Assembly (NCBI GenBank): GCA_937872925.1
Contig: CALMUT010000027.1
Location: 6,763-70,762, forward strand
Source of the DNA: an uncultured Myxococcales bacterium
Lineage (GTDB): Bacteria; Myxococcota_A; Polyangia; Polyangiales; Polyangiaceae
Length of the DNA: 64,000 nt
Direction of reading: 5' to 3'
Position numbers and translations under genes: made by a program. Position 1 is the first letter of the stretch; each line of letters begins with the position of its first letter. A model generated the notes under the pieces. The model saw only the letters and a program-made list of their open reading frames with translations. It ran no database searches and had not been told where the DNA came from. Shown in pieces: positions 27,480 through 37,042 of the stretch.

Positions 27480-28570
27480 TGCGCCGGTTTCGAGTGCTGG
27501 GGATTCTGATCATCGGAGCTTTGGGCTGCGAGAGCATCGCGGGCATCGAAGACCGAACCTTCGAGGCTCCCATCACCGGAAGCGCCGAGTGTGAGGCGTA
27601 TTGCAACGACGTCATGACCGCATGCTCGGGGCAGTTCGCTGCGTACTCGAGCCGCGCTAGCTGCGTGCGCACCTGCGATGCGTTCCCACGCGGAGAGGCT
27701 TCGCAGCAGAACACCGTCGAGTGTCGCGCCCAGAAAGCAAACATCGCTGTCACGACCAAGGAGCCCGCCAGCGACTGCCCGGCCGCCGGTCCTTTTGGCA
27801 TCGGCGCTTGCGGCTCCACCTGCGACGCTTATTGCAGCCTGCTCGCTGAGCTGTGCCCAGAAAAAAACAACACAGTAACCAACTGCAACGCCAGCTGCGA
27901 GGCGCTATTGGTATCCAAGGTCTACGACCTGTCGAAGCTTGCCACTGGCGACACCCTTGAGTGCCGCATCCATCACCTTTCCTTGGCGGCCTTGGACCCT
28001 AAGGAGTGCAACAACGCTGCGATCCTGCCCCGCCCGGGCAATGCGTGTTCCGACCCTGCGGATTCGGCGCCAGAGTGCGAGGACTACTGTCGCGTGGCGC
28101 GGGTCGCGTGCAGCGGCGGCTTGTCGGTCTACGAGAACGAAGCGCAGTGTCTGGCGACCTGCAAAGCGCTGCCGGTCGGAATCATTGGGCACACCACAGA
28201 AAACAGCGTCGGCTGTCGGCTGTACCATTCCTATAGTGCGGTCGCGAACCCGGCCGGGCACTGCTCCCATGCGGGTCCCCTCGGGGACGGGCACTGTGGT
28301 TTGGATCAGGGAGCCGTCTTCGGAAACTGTGAGTCTTACTGCGCAGTGCTCGAGGCCAGTTGCAAGACGGACTTCGCCGGGAAGTTTGCATCGCAATCCG
28401 ACTGTATCAAGGACTGCGCTTCGCTGAATGGCGCCGCGAAGGATCAGGGCTACGACGTCACTAGCGCCAGCAGCGGTGACAGCGTGCAGTGCCGCACTCT
28501 GCATGCCAGCCGCGCCTTCGGTGACGCAGGCCAATGCGCCGCCGCCATGGGCGCCGCACCCTGTAACTAG
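27479..28570 (+). CDS. cysteine-rich lipoprotein made of four ~80-aa eight-Cys repeat modules
   Basis: Lipobox LGC at residue 17. Its start overlaps the upstream stop (TGATG). Four modules start near 27590, 27821, 28076 and 28328, each with C-x3-C-x6-C-x(9-13)-C-x3-C...CR-x2-H...C...C. Confidence 0.8.
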   Translation: MRRFRVLGILIIGALGCESIAGIEDRTFEAPITGSAECEAYCNDVMTACSGQFAAYSSRASCVRTCDAFPRGEASQQNTVECRAQKANIAVTTKEPASDCPAAGPFGIGACGSTCDAYCSLLAELCPEKNNTVTNCNASCEALLVSKVYDLSKLATGDTLECRIHHLSLAALDPKECNNAAILPRPGNACSDPADSAPECEDYCRVARVACSGGLSVYENEAQCLATCKALPVGIIGHTTENSVGCRLYHSYSAVANPAGHCSHAGPLGDGHCGLDQGAVFGNCESYCAVLEASCKTDFAGKFASQSDCIKDCASLNGAAKDQGYDVTSASSGDSVQCRTLHASRAFGDAGQCAAAMGAAPCN

Positions 28571-28588
28571 CTGCCTGGTCAGGGGGCG

Positions 28589-29941
28589 TTAGATCGCGTC
28601 GAGCAAGGAGACGAGTCGGTCCAGATCGGCGCGGGCGTGTTTTTCGGTCACGGCGATCAGGAGCTGGTCTTTGCGCGCGTTTTCAAAGCGGCCGAGGTCG
28701 ACCCCCGCGAGTACGCCTTGGGCTGCGAGCTTGTTGCAAACCCTTGCCGCATCGCCACCGCGTACGCGCACGGTGAACTCGTTAAAGAATGGAGCGGTGT
28801 CGATGGCGGAGGTGTAGCCATCGAGCCCCATCAGTGCGGTCTTCAGGTAGCGCGCCTTCGCGGCGCAATGCTCCGCCACGCGCACGAAGCCTTGTTTCCC
28901 GAGCAAGCTGGCCCGGATCAAGAATGAGAGGGCGAGCAACCCTTGGTTTGTGCAGATATTGCTGGTGGCCCGTTCGCGGCGGATGTGCTGCTCACGGGTG
29001 GATAAGGTGAGCACATAACCACGCTTGCCGTTGGCATCGACGGTTTCACCGCAGAGGCGTCCGGGCAACTGCTGCAGGTAGTTGCGTTCCCCACGGCACG
29101 CAAAAAGCCCAACGCCCGGCCCGCCGAAATTGGGGCCGCAGGCCAGTGCTTGGCCTTCTCCGACGGCGATGTCCGCACCCAATGCGCCCGGGGACTCTAT
29201 CAACGCTAGGGCGTAGGGCTCGCTGGTGGCCGTCACCAAGAGGCAGCCCTTTGCATGGGCGGCTTCGGCAAGCTTGCGCAAGTCTGAGATGGTGCCGAAG
29301 AAACTCGGGTAGCCCACGATGACCGCTGCGGTGTCGTCGTCGATGGCGGTCGTGATACGCGCGATGTCGACTCCGCCATCTTTCGCGGCTTCCACTTCCA
29401 CGTAAGCGTCGACTTGGGCGGTCAAGTAGGTGCGCGTGGAGTCCCGGTAGTCCGGATGCACGCAGTGGCTCACGAGGACCTTGGAGCGCTTCGTCAGCCG
29501 GCGCGCCATGAGCGCCGCTTCCGCGGTTGCGCTGGCGCCATCGTAGAGGCTGGCATTGGCCAGGGGCAGCCCCAATAGCTCGCTGACGATAGTTTGGAAC
29601 TCCCAGATCGCCTGCAGGGTGCCCTGCGCCACTTCGGGCTGATACGGCGTATAGGCGGTGTAGAACTCGCTGCGCAGAAGCAACTGATCCACCGCGGGCG
29701 GGATGTGGTGGTCGTACATGCCGCCCCCCAAGAACGACAGCATGCTCGCCCCGTTGCTCTTTTCGGCGAGGGAAGCCAGATGCGCCATCAACCGAGGCTC
29801 GTCGAGAGCTGGGGGCACCTCAAGATGCCCGGCGAAGCGCGCCTCCTCGGGGATGGTCAGGAACAGCTCGTCTAGGTGCCCACGGCCTACCGCCGCGAGC
29901 ATGGCCTGCACTTCCTCAGGGGTGTGCGGCAGATAGCGCAT
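28589..29941 (-). CDS. gcvPA: glycine dehydrogenase (decarboxylating) subunit 1
   Basis: MRYLPHTPEE...FLGGGMYDHHIP...YTPYQPEVAQGTLQ. 450 aa, typical of the split P-protein alpha subunit. Confidence 0.9.
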   Translation of the reverse strand: MRYLPHTPEEVQAMLAAVGRGHLDELFLTIPEEARFAGHLEVPPALDEPRLMAHLASLAEKSNGASMLSFLGGGMYDHHIPPAVDQLLLRSEFYTAYTPYQPEVAQGTLQAIWEFQTIVSELLGLPLANASLYDGASATAEAALMARRLTKRSKVLVSHCVHPDYRDSTRTYLTAQVDAYVEVEAAKDGGVDIARITTAIDDDTAAVIVGYPSFFGTISDLRKLAEAAHAKGCLLVTATSEPYALALIESPGALGADIAVGEGQALACGPNFGGPGVGLFACRGERNYLQQLPGRLCGETVDANGKRGYVLTLSTREQHIRRERATSNICTNQGLLALSFLIRASLLGKQGFVRVAEHCAAKARYLKTALMGLDGYTSAIDTAPFFNEFTVRVRGGDAARVCNKLAAQGVLAGVDLGRFENARKDQLLIAVTEKHARADLDRLVSLLDAI

Positions 29942-30348
29942 CAGTGCGCCGACTCCTCGACGTGTTTCTGATAGGCGGCTACGTCGAGCAGATCGTCGTG
30001 TTTCGCGTCCGCGTCATCGGGCGTGATGGCGATCATCCAGCCCTGTCCCCAACAGTCGTCGTTGACGAGCTCCGGGGTATTTTCCAGGGCGTCGTTGATC
30101 TTGGCCACGGTGCCACTGAAGGGTGCGTACAGGTCGCTCAGGGTCTTGACGCTCTCGATGGTGCCAAAGGCCTTATGCGCCTGCACCTTGTCGCCAGGCT
30201 TTACGTCGAGGCTCACCAAGGTGATATCGCCGAGTTGTTCGACGGCAAAGGCAGTGATGCCGATCAGCCAGTCTGCGCCCTCCTGCTTCGCCCACTCGTG
30301 GTCCTTGGTGTACTTGCGGTCCGACTTGACTTCTTGGGGTGCGCTCAT
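29941..30348 (-). CDS. gcvH: glycine cleavage system H protein
   Basis: YTKDHEW...GITAFAVEQLGDI...GTIESVKTLSDLYAP (lipoyl-lysine motif). Its stop overlaps the gcvPA start (TGATG). Confidence 0.95.
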   Translation of the reverse strand: MSAPQEVKSDRKYTKDHEWAKQEGADWLIGITAFAVEQLGDITLVSLDVKPGDKVQAHKAFGTIESVKTLSDLYAPFSGTVAKINDALENTPELVNDDCWGQGWMIAITPDDADAKHDDLLDVAAYQKHVEESAH

Positions 30349-30403
30349 GATGTGCCTCGCCTAGGGCTATACAATTTTTGACAGGGCTTTTTCTATACGT
30401 TGT

Positions 30404-31507
30404 TCAGACTGATTTGGGACGCCTATAAAAAGGCGTTTTGACCACCACGGCTTCGATCTGTTTCCCCCGGCAGTCGACGAGAAACGGCGTCCCAACCTCG
30501 GACAGTTCTGGCGGCAAGTAGCCAAGGCCGATGCTCTTGCCCAAGGTTGGGGAAGGGCTCCCCGAGGTGCAGATGCCGACGGCCGTTCCCTTGGTGTCGA
30601 GCAGGGGATACCCGTGGCGCGCGATGCCGCGCCCCGTCATTTCGAAGCCAACCATCTTACGCGTGACACCCTGCTCTTTGACCCGGATCAGGGCTGCCTT
30701 GCCCATGAAGTCGTCCGCATCGAGTTTCACCGTCCAGCCCAGACCCGCTTCCAAAGGGTTGGTCGTTTCATCGATGTCGTTTCCGTACAGCGAGAGGCGT
30801 GCTTCGAGGCGCAGGGTATCCCGCGCACCGAGCCCCGCCGCGGCGATGCCGGCGTCCTTGCCGGCGGCGAGCAGCGCGCGCCATAGCGCGGCGGCTTTGT
30901 CCGCGGCCACGAAGATCTCCGCTCCGTCTTCTCCCGTGTAGCCGGTCCGCGCCAAAGTGACTTGGCTCCCCGCGAGCTCTTGAGTGCGGAAGCGGAATGG
31001 CTTTATGTCGCTCAGGGACGCGCCCATGGCGCCGAGGACGGACAGCGCGCGGGGCCCCTGCACCGCGATCAGCGCTAGCTCGTCGCTGACGTCTCGGAAA
31101 TCACAATGCCCCTCTGCGGCGGCTTTGAAATGCGCCACGATCTTTTCGCGATTGGAAGCGTTGCAGACCACGAGAATGTCGTCGGGACTGCGCTTGTAGA
31201 CGATCAAGTCGTCCAGGATGGTGCCCCCGAGGTTGCAGCAGCAGGTGTACATGGCCTGACCGACGTCGATGCGGTCCAAGTCGTTGGTGACCAAGTAGTT
31301 GACGACCGCAGCGGCGTGTTCGCCAGAGAGCTCGAGCTCGCCCATATGCGAGACGTCGAATAGGCCGACGCGTGTGCGCACGGCCTCGTGCTCCGCGCTG
31401 ATGCCCGCGTACTGGATCGGCATCTCGTAGCCCGCGAAGGGCACGAGGCGCGCTCCCAGGGCTTTGTGTTCGTCGTATAAAGGGGTGCGCCGCGGTGCCT
31501 CAGCCAT
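30404..31507 (-). CDS. gcvT: aminomethyltransferase (glycine cleavage T protein)
   Basis: [23 protein letters not shown]...[10 protein letters not shown]...[10 protein letters not shown]. Start at ATG 31507 ([11 protein letters not shown]). Confidence 0.9.
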   Translation of the reverse strand: MAEAPRRTPLYDEHKALGARLVPFAGYEMPIQYAGISAEHEAVRTRVGLFDVSHMGELELSGEHAAAVVNYLVTNDLDRIDVGQAMYTCCCNLGGTILDDLIVYKRSPDDILVVCNASNREKIVAHFKAAAEGHCDFRDVSDELALIAVQGPRALSVLGAMGASLSDIKPFRFRTQELAGSQVTLARTGYTGEDGAEIFVAADKAAALWRALLAAGKDAGIAAAGLGARDTLRLEARLSLYGNDIDETTNPLEAGLGWTVKLDADDFMGKAALIRVKEQGVTRKMVGFEMTGRGIARHGYPLLDTKGTAVGICTSGSPSPTLGKSIGLGYLPPELSEVGTPFLVDCRGKQIEAVVVKTPFYRRPKSV

Positions 31508-31565
31508 TGTGGGCAAGGTCGTAGATCGTCCCGCCCCTAGACACAATCACTTGCGCTGCGTGAAG

Positions 31566-32807
31566 CTACTTGCCCGCCCAGGAGAAGGCGACGGTATTGC
31601 AGGCTCCGGTGAAGGTCTGAATGTCGCCATCCGTCGGGCCCGGCTTGGCTTCGTCCACCCGCGACTCGAAGGCCATGGGGCTCTCGAAGAAACCGAGCAC
31701 TTCGCACATCTCTTGGTCGCCAATCCCGTACTTGATGGTGCTGTTGCGTGGGTTTTTGAACTCGCAGCCAAAGCGAAAGCCGCTGGCGCTGGAGAGATCC
31801 ACGGCCGGGCCGAAGCGTTTGCCTCGGGCTTCGCCGTTGAAACCGCGCACGTCGAGGAGAGACTGTCCGTCGTTCGGGCCGCCCAGCAATTCCACGAAGA
31901 CGCGGCTGCCCAGGGCGTGGGTATGCGGCAGCAAGTAGAAGAGCTTCGCGTCAAGGCTTCCACCGAAATCCTGCAGCAAGTCGCATTCTGCGCTGAAGCG
32001 CGAGGTTGCTTTGGGCGGGATCGCCAGCCCATGATAGTCCAGGTGGAAAGGCGCCAAGCGCACGGTTACGTCCTTGGGGTCCAGCGCGTAGATCGTGAAT
32101 TTGGTGTTGCCGGTGACGCCGGACTTCGTGGTGTTGAGCAGATGCGTGTCGCTTGTGATCTTGGATCGCGGCGGGATGCGGACGGCCACGCCGTCGGGGA
32201 ATTTCTGTACTTCGCGCTTGGCCTGCGTGGACTGCGCGTAAAGCGCGCCGCCGGCCAGGGCAGCTGCGAGTTGGCTGTAGCCACGGTCTTTGCAGTCCCA
32301 TAGCCCGTCCGGGCCCGGGTACTGGTCTTCGGGCACGAACATCCAGTTGGAGTGGTGGGAAGCTTCGTTCTGCTCCAGCTCGACAGCGTTGATGAAAAGC
32401 TCCGTATCGTTGTCCAGCGTCCAGCTGCGGCAGCGATACGCTTCCTCCCCGGCGCCGACGGTTTGTTCCGGGAAGTCGTGAGCATGGGGCGTGCCGACCA
32501 GTGCGGCGCAACTCCCGCTTTCATCCGCGTACTTTCCCGAGGGGCAGGCTTCGCAGCTGGCCCCGGAGCTGCCCTCCACGCATTGCTGCTGGTTTTCGAG
32601 GCATTCCGGCAAGAGCTCGCTGCACGTCTTGCCGCTGCCCACGCCGCCCGCGCCCCCCAAGCCGCCGGTGCCGGCGCTGCCGCCGCTCGCGGGGGTGCCA
32701 GACGTGTCGTCAGAGCCGCAGCCGCAAGCCAGGACAAGGAGCAGAGCGGGCGCCAGGTATTTCAGGGTCACGAGGCAGAGCATGACCAAAATCAAGCCGA
32801 GTCGCAA
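31566..32807 (-). CDS. lipoprotein resembling copper type II ascorbate-dependent monooxygenases (PHM/DBH-like)
   Basis: Signal/lipobox LLVLACGC and a Cys-rich linker. The ligand-like motifs appear in PHM order: ASHHSNWMF (HH), SDTHLLN (H), LLPHTHALG (HxH), GDQEMCEVLGF (M). Confidence 0.45.
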   Translation of the reverse strand: MRLGLILVMLCLVTLKYLAPALLLVLACGCGSDDTSGTPASGGSAGTGGLGGAGGVGSGKTCSELLPECLENQQQCVEGSSGASCEACPSGKYADESGSCAALVGTPHAHDFPEQTVGAGEEAYRCRSWTLDNDTELFINAVELEQNEASHHSNWMFVPEDQYPGPDGLWDCKDRGYSQLAAALAGGALYAQSTQAKREVQKFPDGVAVRIPPRSKITSDTHLLNTTKSGVTGNTKFTIYALDPKDVTVRLAPFHLDYHGLAIPPKATSRFSAECDLLQDFGGSLDAKLFYLLPHTHALGSRVFVELLGGPNDGQSLLDVRGFNGEARGKRFGPAVDLSSASGFRFGCEFKNPRNSTIKYGIGDQEMCEVLGFFESPMAFESRVDEAKPGPTDGDIQTFTGACNTVAFSWAGK

Positions 32808-32840
32808 ACGCCAATCCGCGAGGGCGCCGGGGCTACCGGG

Positions 32841-33362
32841 CTACTGCAGCTTCTTTGGATTGAGCAATTCGCCGCTGGGCGTCATGCCGGCACGTTTCCA
32901 GCGCTCTTCTTCGGAAAGCCCCTGGGGCGTCGGCGGCGGCGTAATGTCCTTGATCACGAGGCGCGTGACCGGACCATCCGCGACCACTTCAAAGCGGTAG
33001 ACGTGACCCTTGGCCCCGCCCTTGATCGCCACTTTGGGAAATACGGTGCGGGCGGCTCCGACTTCGACTTGCGCGGCAAGCACACGTTCCCGCACGTAGT
33101 TGGCGACGGCCTCGGGCCGGACCTGACCGACGAAGTGCGCCGCGTCGGGGAACCGGCGTTCCAGCTTCATCTGTCGCGGCGCGATGAATCCGAAGGCGTT
33201 CGATTTGCCTTGTCCCAGTTCGCCGGGCGCGAGGCGATCCAGCGGCTTGCTGACGGCGGAGGGCACGGGCGCGCCCGGTCCGACGACTTCCTGCTCAGCA
33301 TTGTTGCAGCCGACGACGCCCCACGTAGTGAGGCCCACAGCCAAGAGCCAACAGCGATTCAT
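32841..33362 (-). CDS. hypothetical lipoprotein immediately downstream of pilY1
   Basis: MNRCWLLAVGLTTWGVVGC lipobox. There is a 16-nt gap after the pilY1 stop. Confidence 0.6.
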   Translation of the reverse strand: MNRCWLLAVGLTTWGVVGCNNAEQEVVGPGAPVPSAVSKPLDRLAPGELGQGKSNAFGFIAPRQMKLERRFPDAAHFVGQVRPEAVANYVRERVLAAQVEVGAARTVFPKVAIKGGAKGHVYRFEVVADGPVTRLVIKDITPPPTPQGLSEEERWKRAGMTPSGELLNPKKLQ

Positions 33363-33378
33363 GGCGCGGAGTGTCGCC

Positions 33379-36300
33379 CTATTCGATGATCGCGGCCCAA
33401 GAATCGATACTCGTCGTGCTGGGCGGCGTGGGCAGCTCGATTTCGAGGCGTCGGGACTTGCCGCCAGTCACCGCGGTTCCTGTATTGCCGGTATGCATCA
33501 CGAGCTGGAACTTCCCAGGAGCGATGTTCGAGATCGAGGTGTGGGTGCCGGATCCGAAGTAGGGGTCCGTCACCGTGGCTTCTTCGGTGCAGGACGGCAG
33601 CTGGGTCACGCCCACGCCGAAGATCACCGAGCCGTCCTGGAGCAGCGAGCTGGTATTGTCGATGAACTGCACCACGCTGCCGCCATCGGGGAGGCGCGCG
33701 AGGCCGCCATTGGAGAGATCGCCCAGGGTCGTGCCCGCCTGTTTCGGTGTCAGGTAGTCCACGCCCCACACGCGGCTATTGCCGGCCTTGCAGACCTGGG
33801 TGCTGTTGGGGGACTCGGGCTTGAAGGTCGAGAAGAACAGCGCGCCGTTGAACAACGACATCGGGCCCGCCACGCGCTCGCCGTCGATCAGCTTGGTGTA
33901 CCAGTTGACGTTCGAAGTGAAGGGAGGGCCGACCGTCGCGACCTTCTCCGTCAAGGACACAGCGTAGGTCGCCATGCCCACGGTTGCCGTGAGCACGTCT
34001 TGGTCACCCGTGGACAGCGCCACGGTGACGTTGCCGGTGTCGTCGACGGAGAGGATCGGAGGCGTCTCGATGGCGTGCCCGTCGTCCCAATCATGACCCA
34101 GGGTCGTGGCGTAGGTGTCGAAGAAAAGCTTCATGCTCCAGTTGGCCGGATTGGTCGAAGAAACGTCGACGCGCCACAGGCCGCCATCGCGATCTCCAAC
34201 GAACATGCGATCGGCGATGGCGCCAGTGGTGCCCGGGAAGGGGATGGGCGTGCCCGTGATCGGCGAGTCGATGGGCGCCTGGGTCACTCGTGACGACGCG
34301 CTCAGCCCCGCGGGAGCGTCCGTCAGTTCGCCCCGGAACGTGCGCACGATTTCGCCGGTGTCCAAGCGTACGATGGTGAGCGAGCGTGCGGGCACGGCAT
34401 TGCCGTAGCAAGGCACACTGGGGCGTGGCGTGAACCGCGAATCGACGCCCGTGGGGACCGGATCCCGACGCGGGCAGGGGCCGCCCGTGGGCACCGCGTC
34501 GCCGCCGGGCAGCACCGCCACGGCCACTTCCTTCACGTCATTGCCGCCGCTGTCGAAGAAGAGCGTCGTGATCAGTGGGGTGCCACTGTTGTTGCCGAAG
34601 ATGGGCGCGCCGGTGTCGTCTTCGGTGAGCTGCCACAGGAATTTGGGCCCGGCGACCGGATCCGTCACGTCCAGGGCGAAGTAGCCGCCGCGGCTGCCGC
34701 CGAAGCCTTGCAGCAGCACCGTGCGCCAGGTGCCTTGGCCCACCGAGGCTTGGCTGGGGGAGCGCTCGAAACGCAACCCTTGTGCGCCGCTGAGCGCCAC
34801 GACGTCTTTGACGATCGGGATGCCGTCGAGCAGGATTTGGTGCGTGCCGGGGTATTGCGAGGGGATGCCCGGCAGCACCGCTGGCGGGATGAACGCCCAC
34901 AGCTCGTTGTTCTGCTTGGAATCGACTTTGAAGGTGTCCGTGGGGTCCACCGCCGCAACCTTGAATGCGTGCAGGAAGCCATCGTTCGTCGAGGTGTACA
35001 TCACGATCGGGCGCCGGGCGTTGTTGGACGTAAAAAGCTGATAGGTCTCGTCGCGCAGCAGCGCGGACGGAGGACCGACAATCCGGGGCGTCGAGTGAAA
35101 GATGTCGCCAACCAGATTGCAGTCGGCGGCGCCAGGCACTGCGCAGCGATGGTACGGAGTGCCGTTGTTCAACCCCACCACCCAGCGCAGGTACTTGTCC
35201 CGGCATTGACTGGCGGAGAGGGCCACACAACTGGTGCCATCCAGCCCCATGGCTTCGGGCAGCACCGTGGACGCGATCGTCGCGGGGTCCCCATTGAGCT
35301 CGCTGCCGGAGTAGCTGCTGATGCTGTCGGGGTTGCTGGGCAGGGACGGGCGGATGGTTCGGGTCGAGTAGATCTTGCCCGTCGAAATATTGCCCTGCAC
35401 CGTGAACAGCTTGCGCGCCGGGCCCGCGCCGGAGTTCACGTTGGCCACAAAGTCGTCGCCCTTGGTGGCGTCGATGTCCTGAGGCTCCGGGGTCAGGTCA
35501 CCGGTGAACGTGTCCTTCTTGCACACATAGCGTTGGCGCTCGATCACGCCGTTCCACAGGGTGAATTGCTTGGTCTCGAAGGAGGAGAAGAAGCGATAGC
35601 CCGCCGCAAAGGGATCGCTGACCGTCGGCGAGGACGCAAATACCGGGATGGTGCGGCTGGTGCTGTTCTTCGCGATGCTGGACAGCACTGCGGAGAGGCT
35701 CGCCCGAAGCTCGTCCTTGTCATCGGCGAAGTAGGCGCGAGTAGTGCCGCCATTGAAGGCGACGCGATTCAAGGTGCAGCAGGCTTGGAGCTGTCGTTCG
35801 TTGGGGTTGGTGGCGCACAGACCGGTTGGGCTAGTCAGGTCCGCGGTCGTTAGGTTTTCGCAATCCACTGTCGAGGCGTTCTGCAAGGTGACGTTCGACA
35901 CCGCGAAGCCGATCACGAACACCTTCGTGCGCTTCGTCGTGTCCGATGCGTTGGCCAGGTCGAAAGAGATGTCCTCGGGCTTCTGGTACGGGCACACGCC
36001 CGCTGGGGGACCCGCGCCCTCGCAGAACGGACGCAGATCGAGGTTCGGCTCACCGTCCGAGAGCAGCACGATGAAGTTTTCGCGGCAGCCTCCGGTGATG
36101 AATGGGTCCCGGTAGGGCCCAAAGTCGTCGGAGTTGATCAGGGGATCCAGCGAGGTGTCGTTCCACAAGAAATCACGCGTGTCGTCCAACATGCCCGCGA
36201 TCGGGGTGGCGCCGTAGGGCCGGGTGGCGAGCAAGATTTCTTGGATCTGTGCATTTTTGGTGGCGAGGGTCGCGCCGCTGGCGCTGGAGGCGCCGAAGCC

Positions 36301-37032
36301 GACCATGCGCCCTTCCCAGGGTGGCGCCGCGGCGTTGCGCGCGCCGACTTCCAGGGTGCTGAGTAGCGAACAGGCCGCGGGCTTGCCCTGGGTGGGCTGG
36401 GCATTCAGAAAATAGCTCCAGGTGCCCGACACTCCCGCGTTGTAGTTGGGCGTGGTGCCGGTCACACCCGTGCCGCCGCCGGTATGTGGGTCGAAGGTCA
36501 TCAGGCCGAAACGCACCGAAGACCCGAAGGAGTCGAGCAGACCGTCCGAGGCCTGGGTGAAGTTGGAGCAGGTCGTGTTGGGATCGTTGTAGGGGTGGTA
36601 TTTGATGGCGCCAGCGGGATAGTCGTAGGCGTTGGCTGGGAGCACACCCGGGCCCACGGTGCAGGTGCCAGACAGGGGTCGGTGGTAGGGATTCAGGTAG
36701 TCGGCGTCTGGCGGCAACACACCGCTCAAGCTGTATTCGTTCTTGAACGCCGCCGAGCCGCGGTCCACCGCGTCGCAGCGGTAGTCCTGGATCGAGCCCG
36801 TCATGACCTCGAGCAGTTCTACCCAGCGGCTGCGCTCGCTGCCGGGGCCCGTGGGCACACAGCTGGGGAAGCCCGCGCTCGACGACTTGTACTCCATCGA
36901 CCCGGAGGTATCGACCAGGAGCATCACGTTGGGCAGGGGCGGGTTGACGTCGACCTGCGCTTTCGCGGTGCTCGCTGCTACGGCGGAGCCGACGAGCGCC
37001 GCGAGCGAAATGAATGTCCTTGCCTGCCTCAT
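33379..37032 (-). CDS. pilY1: PilY1-like type IV pilus tip-associated protein with N-terminal vWA (MIDAS) domain
   Basis: Start at ATG 37032 preceded by GGAGA. Signal peptide, then VMLLVDTSGSMEY (DxSxS MIDAS). ~1200 aa with a C-terminal propeller-like region. Position after pilX. Confidence 0.8.
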   Translation of the reverse strand: MRQARTFISLAALVGSAVAASTAKAQVDVNPPLPNVMLLVDTSGSMEYKSSSAGFPSCVPTGPGSERSRWVELLEVMTGSIQDYRCDAVDRGSAAFKNEYSLSGVLPPDADYLNPYHRPLSGTCTVGPGVLPANAYDYPAGAIKYHPYNDPNTTCSNFTQASDGLLDSFGSSVRFGLMTFDPHTGGGTGVTGTTPNYNAGVSGTWSYFLNAQPTQGKPAACSLLSTLEVGARNAAAPPWEGRMVGFGASSASGATLATKNAQIQEILLATRPYGATPIAGMLDDTRDFLWNDTSLDPLINSDDFGPYRDPFITGGCRENFIVLLSDGEPNLDLRPFCEGAGPPAGVCPYQKPEDISFDLANASDTTKRTKVFVIGFAVSNVTLQNASTVDCENLTTADLTSPTGLCATNPNERQLQACCTLNRVAFNGGTTRAYFADDKDELRASLSAVLSSIAKNSTSRTIPVFASSPTVSDPFAAGYRFFSSFETKQFTLWNGVIERQRYVCKKDTFTGDLTPEPQDIDATKGDDFVANVNSGAGPARKLFTVQGNISTGKIYSTRTIRPSLPSNPDSISSYSGSELNGDPATIASTVLPEAMGLDGTSCVALSASQCRDKYLRWVVGLNNGTPYHRCAVPGAADCNLVGDIFHSTPRIVGPPSALLRDETYQLFTSNNARRPIVMYTSTNDGFLHAFKVAAVDPTDTFKVDSKQNNELWAFIPPAVLPGIPSQYPGTHQILLDGIPIVKDVVALSGAQGLRFERSPSQASVGQGTWRTVLLQGFGGSRGGYFALDVTDPVAGPKFLWQLTEDDTGAPIFGNNSGTPLITTLFFDSGGNDVKEVAVAVLPGGDAVPTGGPCPRRDPVPTGVDSRFTPRPSVPCYGNAVPARSLTIVRLDTGEIVRTFRGELTDAPAGLSASSRVTQAPIDSPITGTPIPFPGTTGAIADRMFVGDRDGGLWRVDVSSTNPANWSMKLFFDTYATTLGHDWDDGHAIETPPILSVDDTGNVTVALSTGDQDVLTATVGMATYAVSLTEKVATVGPPFTSNVNWYTKLIDGERVAGPMSLFNGALFFSTFKPESPNSTQVCKAGNSRVWGVDYLTPKQAGTTLGDLSNGGLARLPDGGSVVQFIDNTSSLLQDGSVIFGVGVTQLPSCTEEATVTDPYFGSGTHTSISNIAPGKFQLVMHTGNTGTAVTGGKSRRLEIELPTPPSTTSIDSWAAIIE

Positions 37033-37042
37033 CGCTGTCTCC

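Noticed and set aside
31508-31565. Glycine riboswitch upstream of gcvT.
   Set aside because: Only ~58 nt are available between gcvT and the preceding stop codon, too short for even a single aptamer. I saw no conserved aptamer core.
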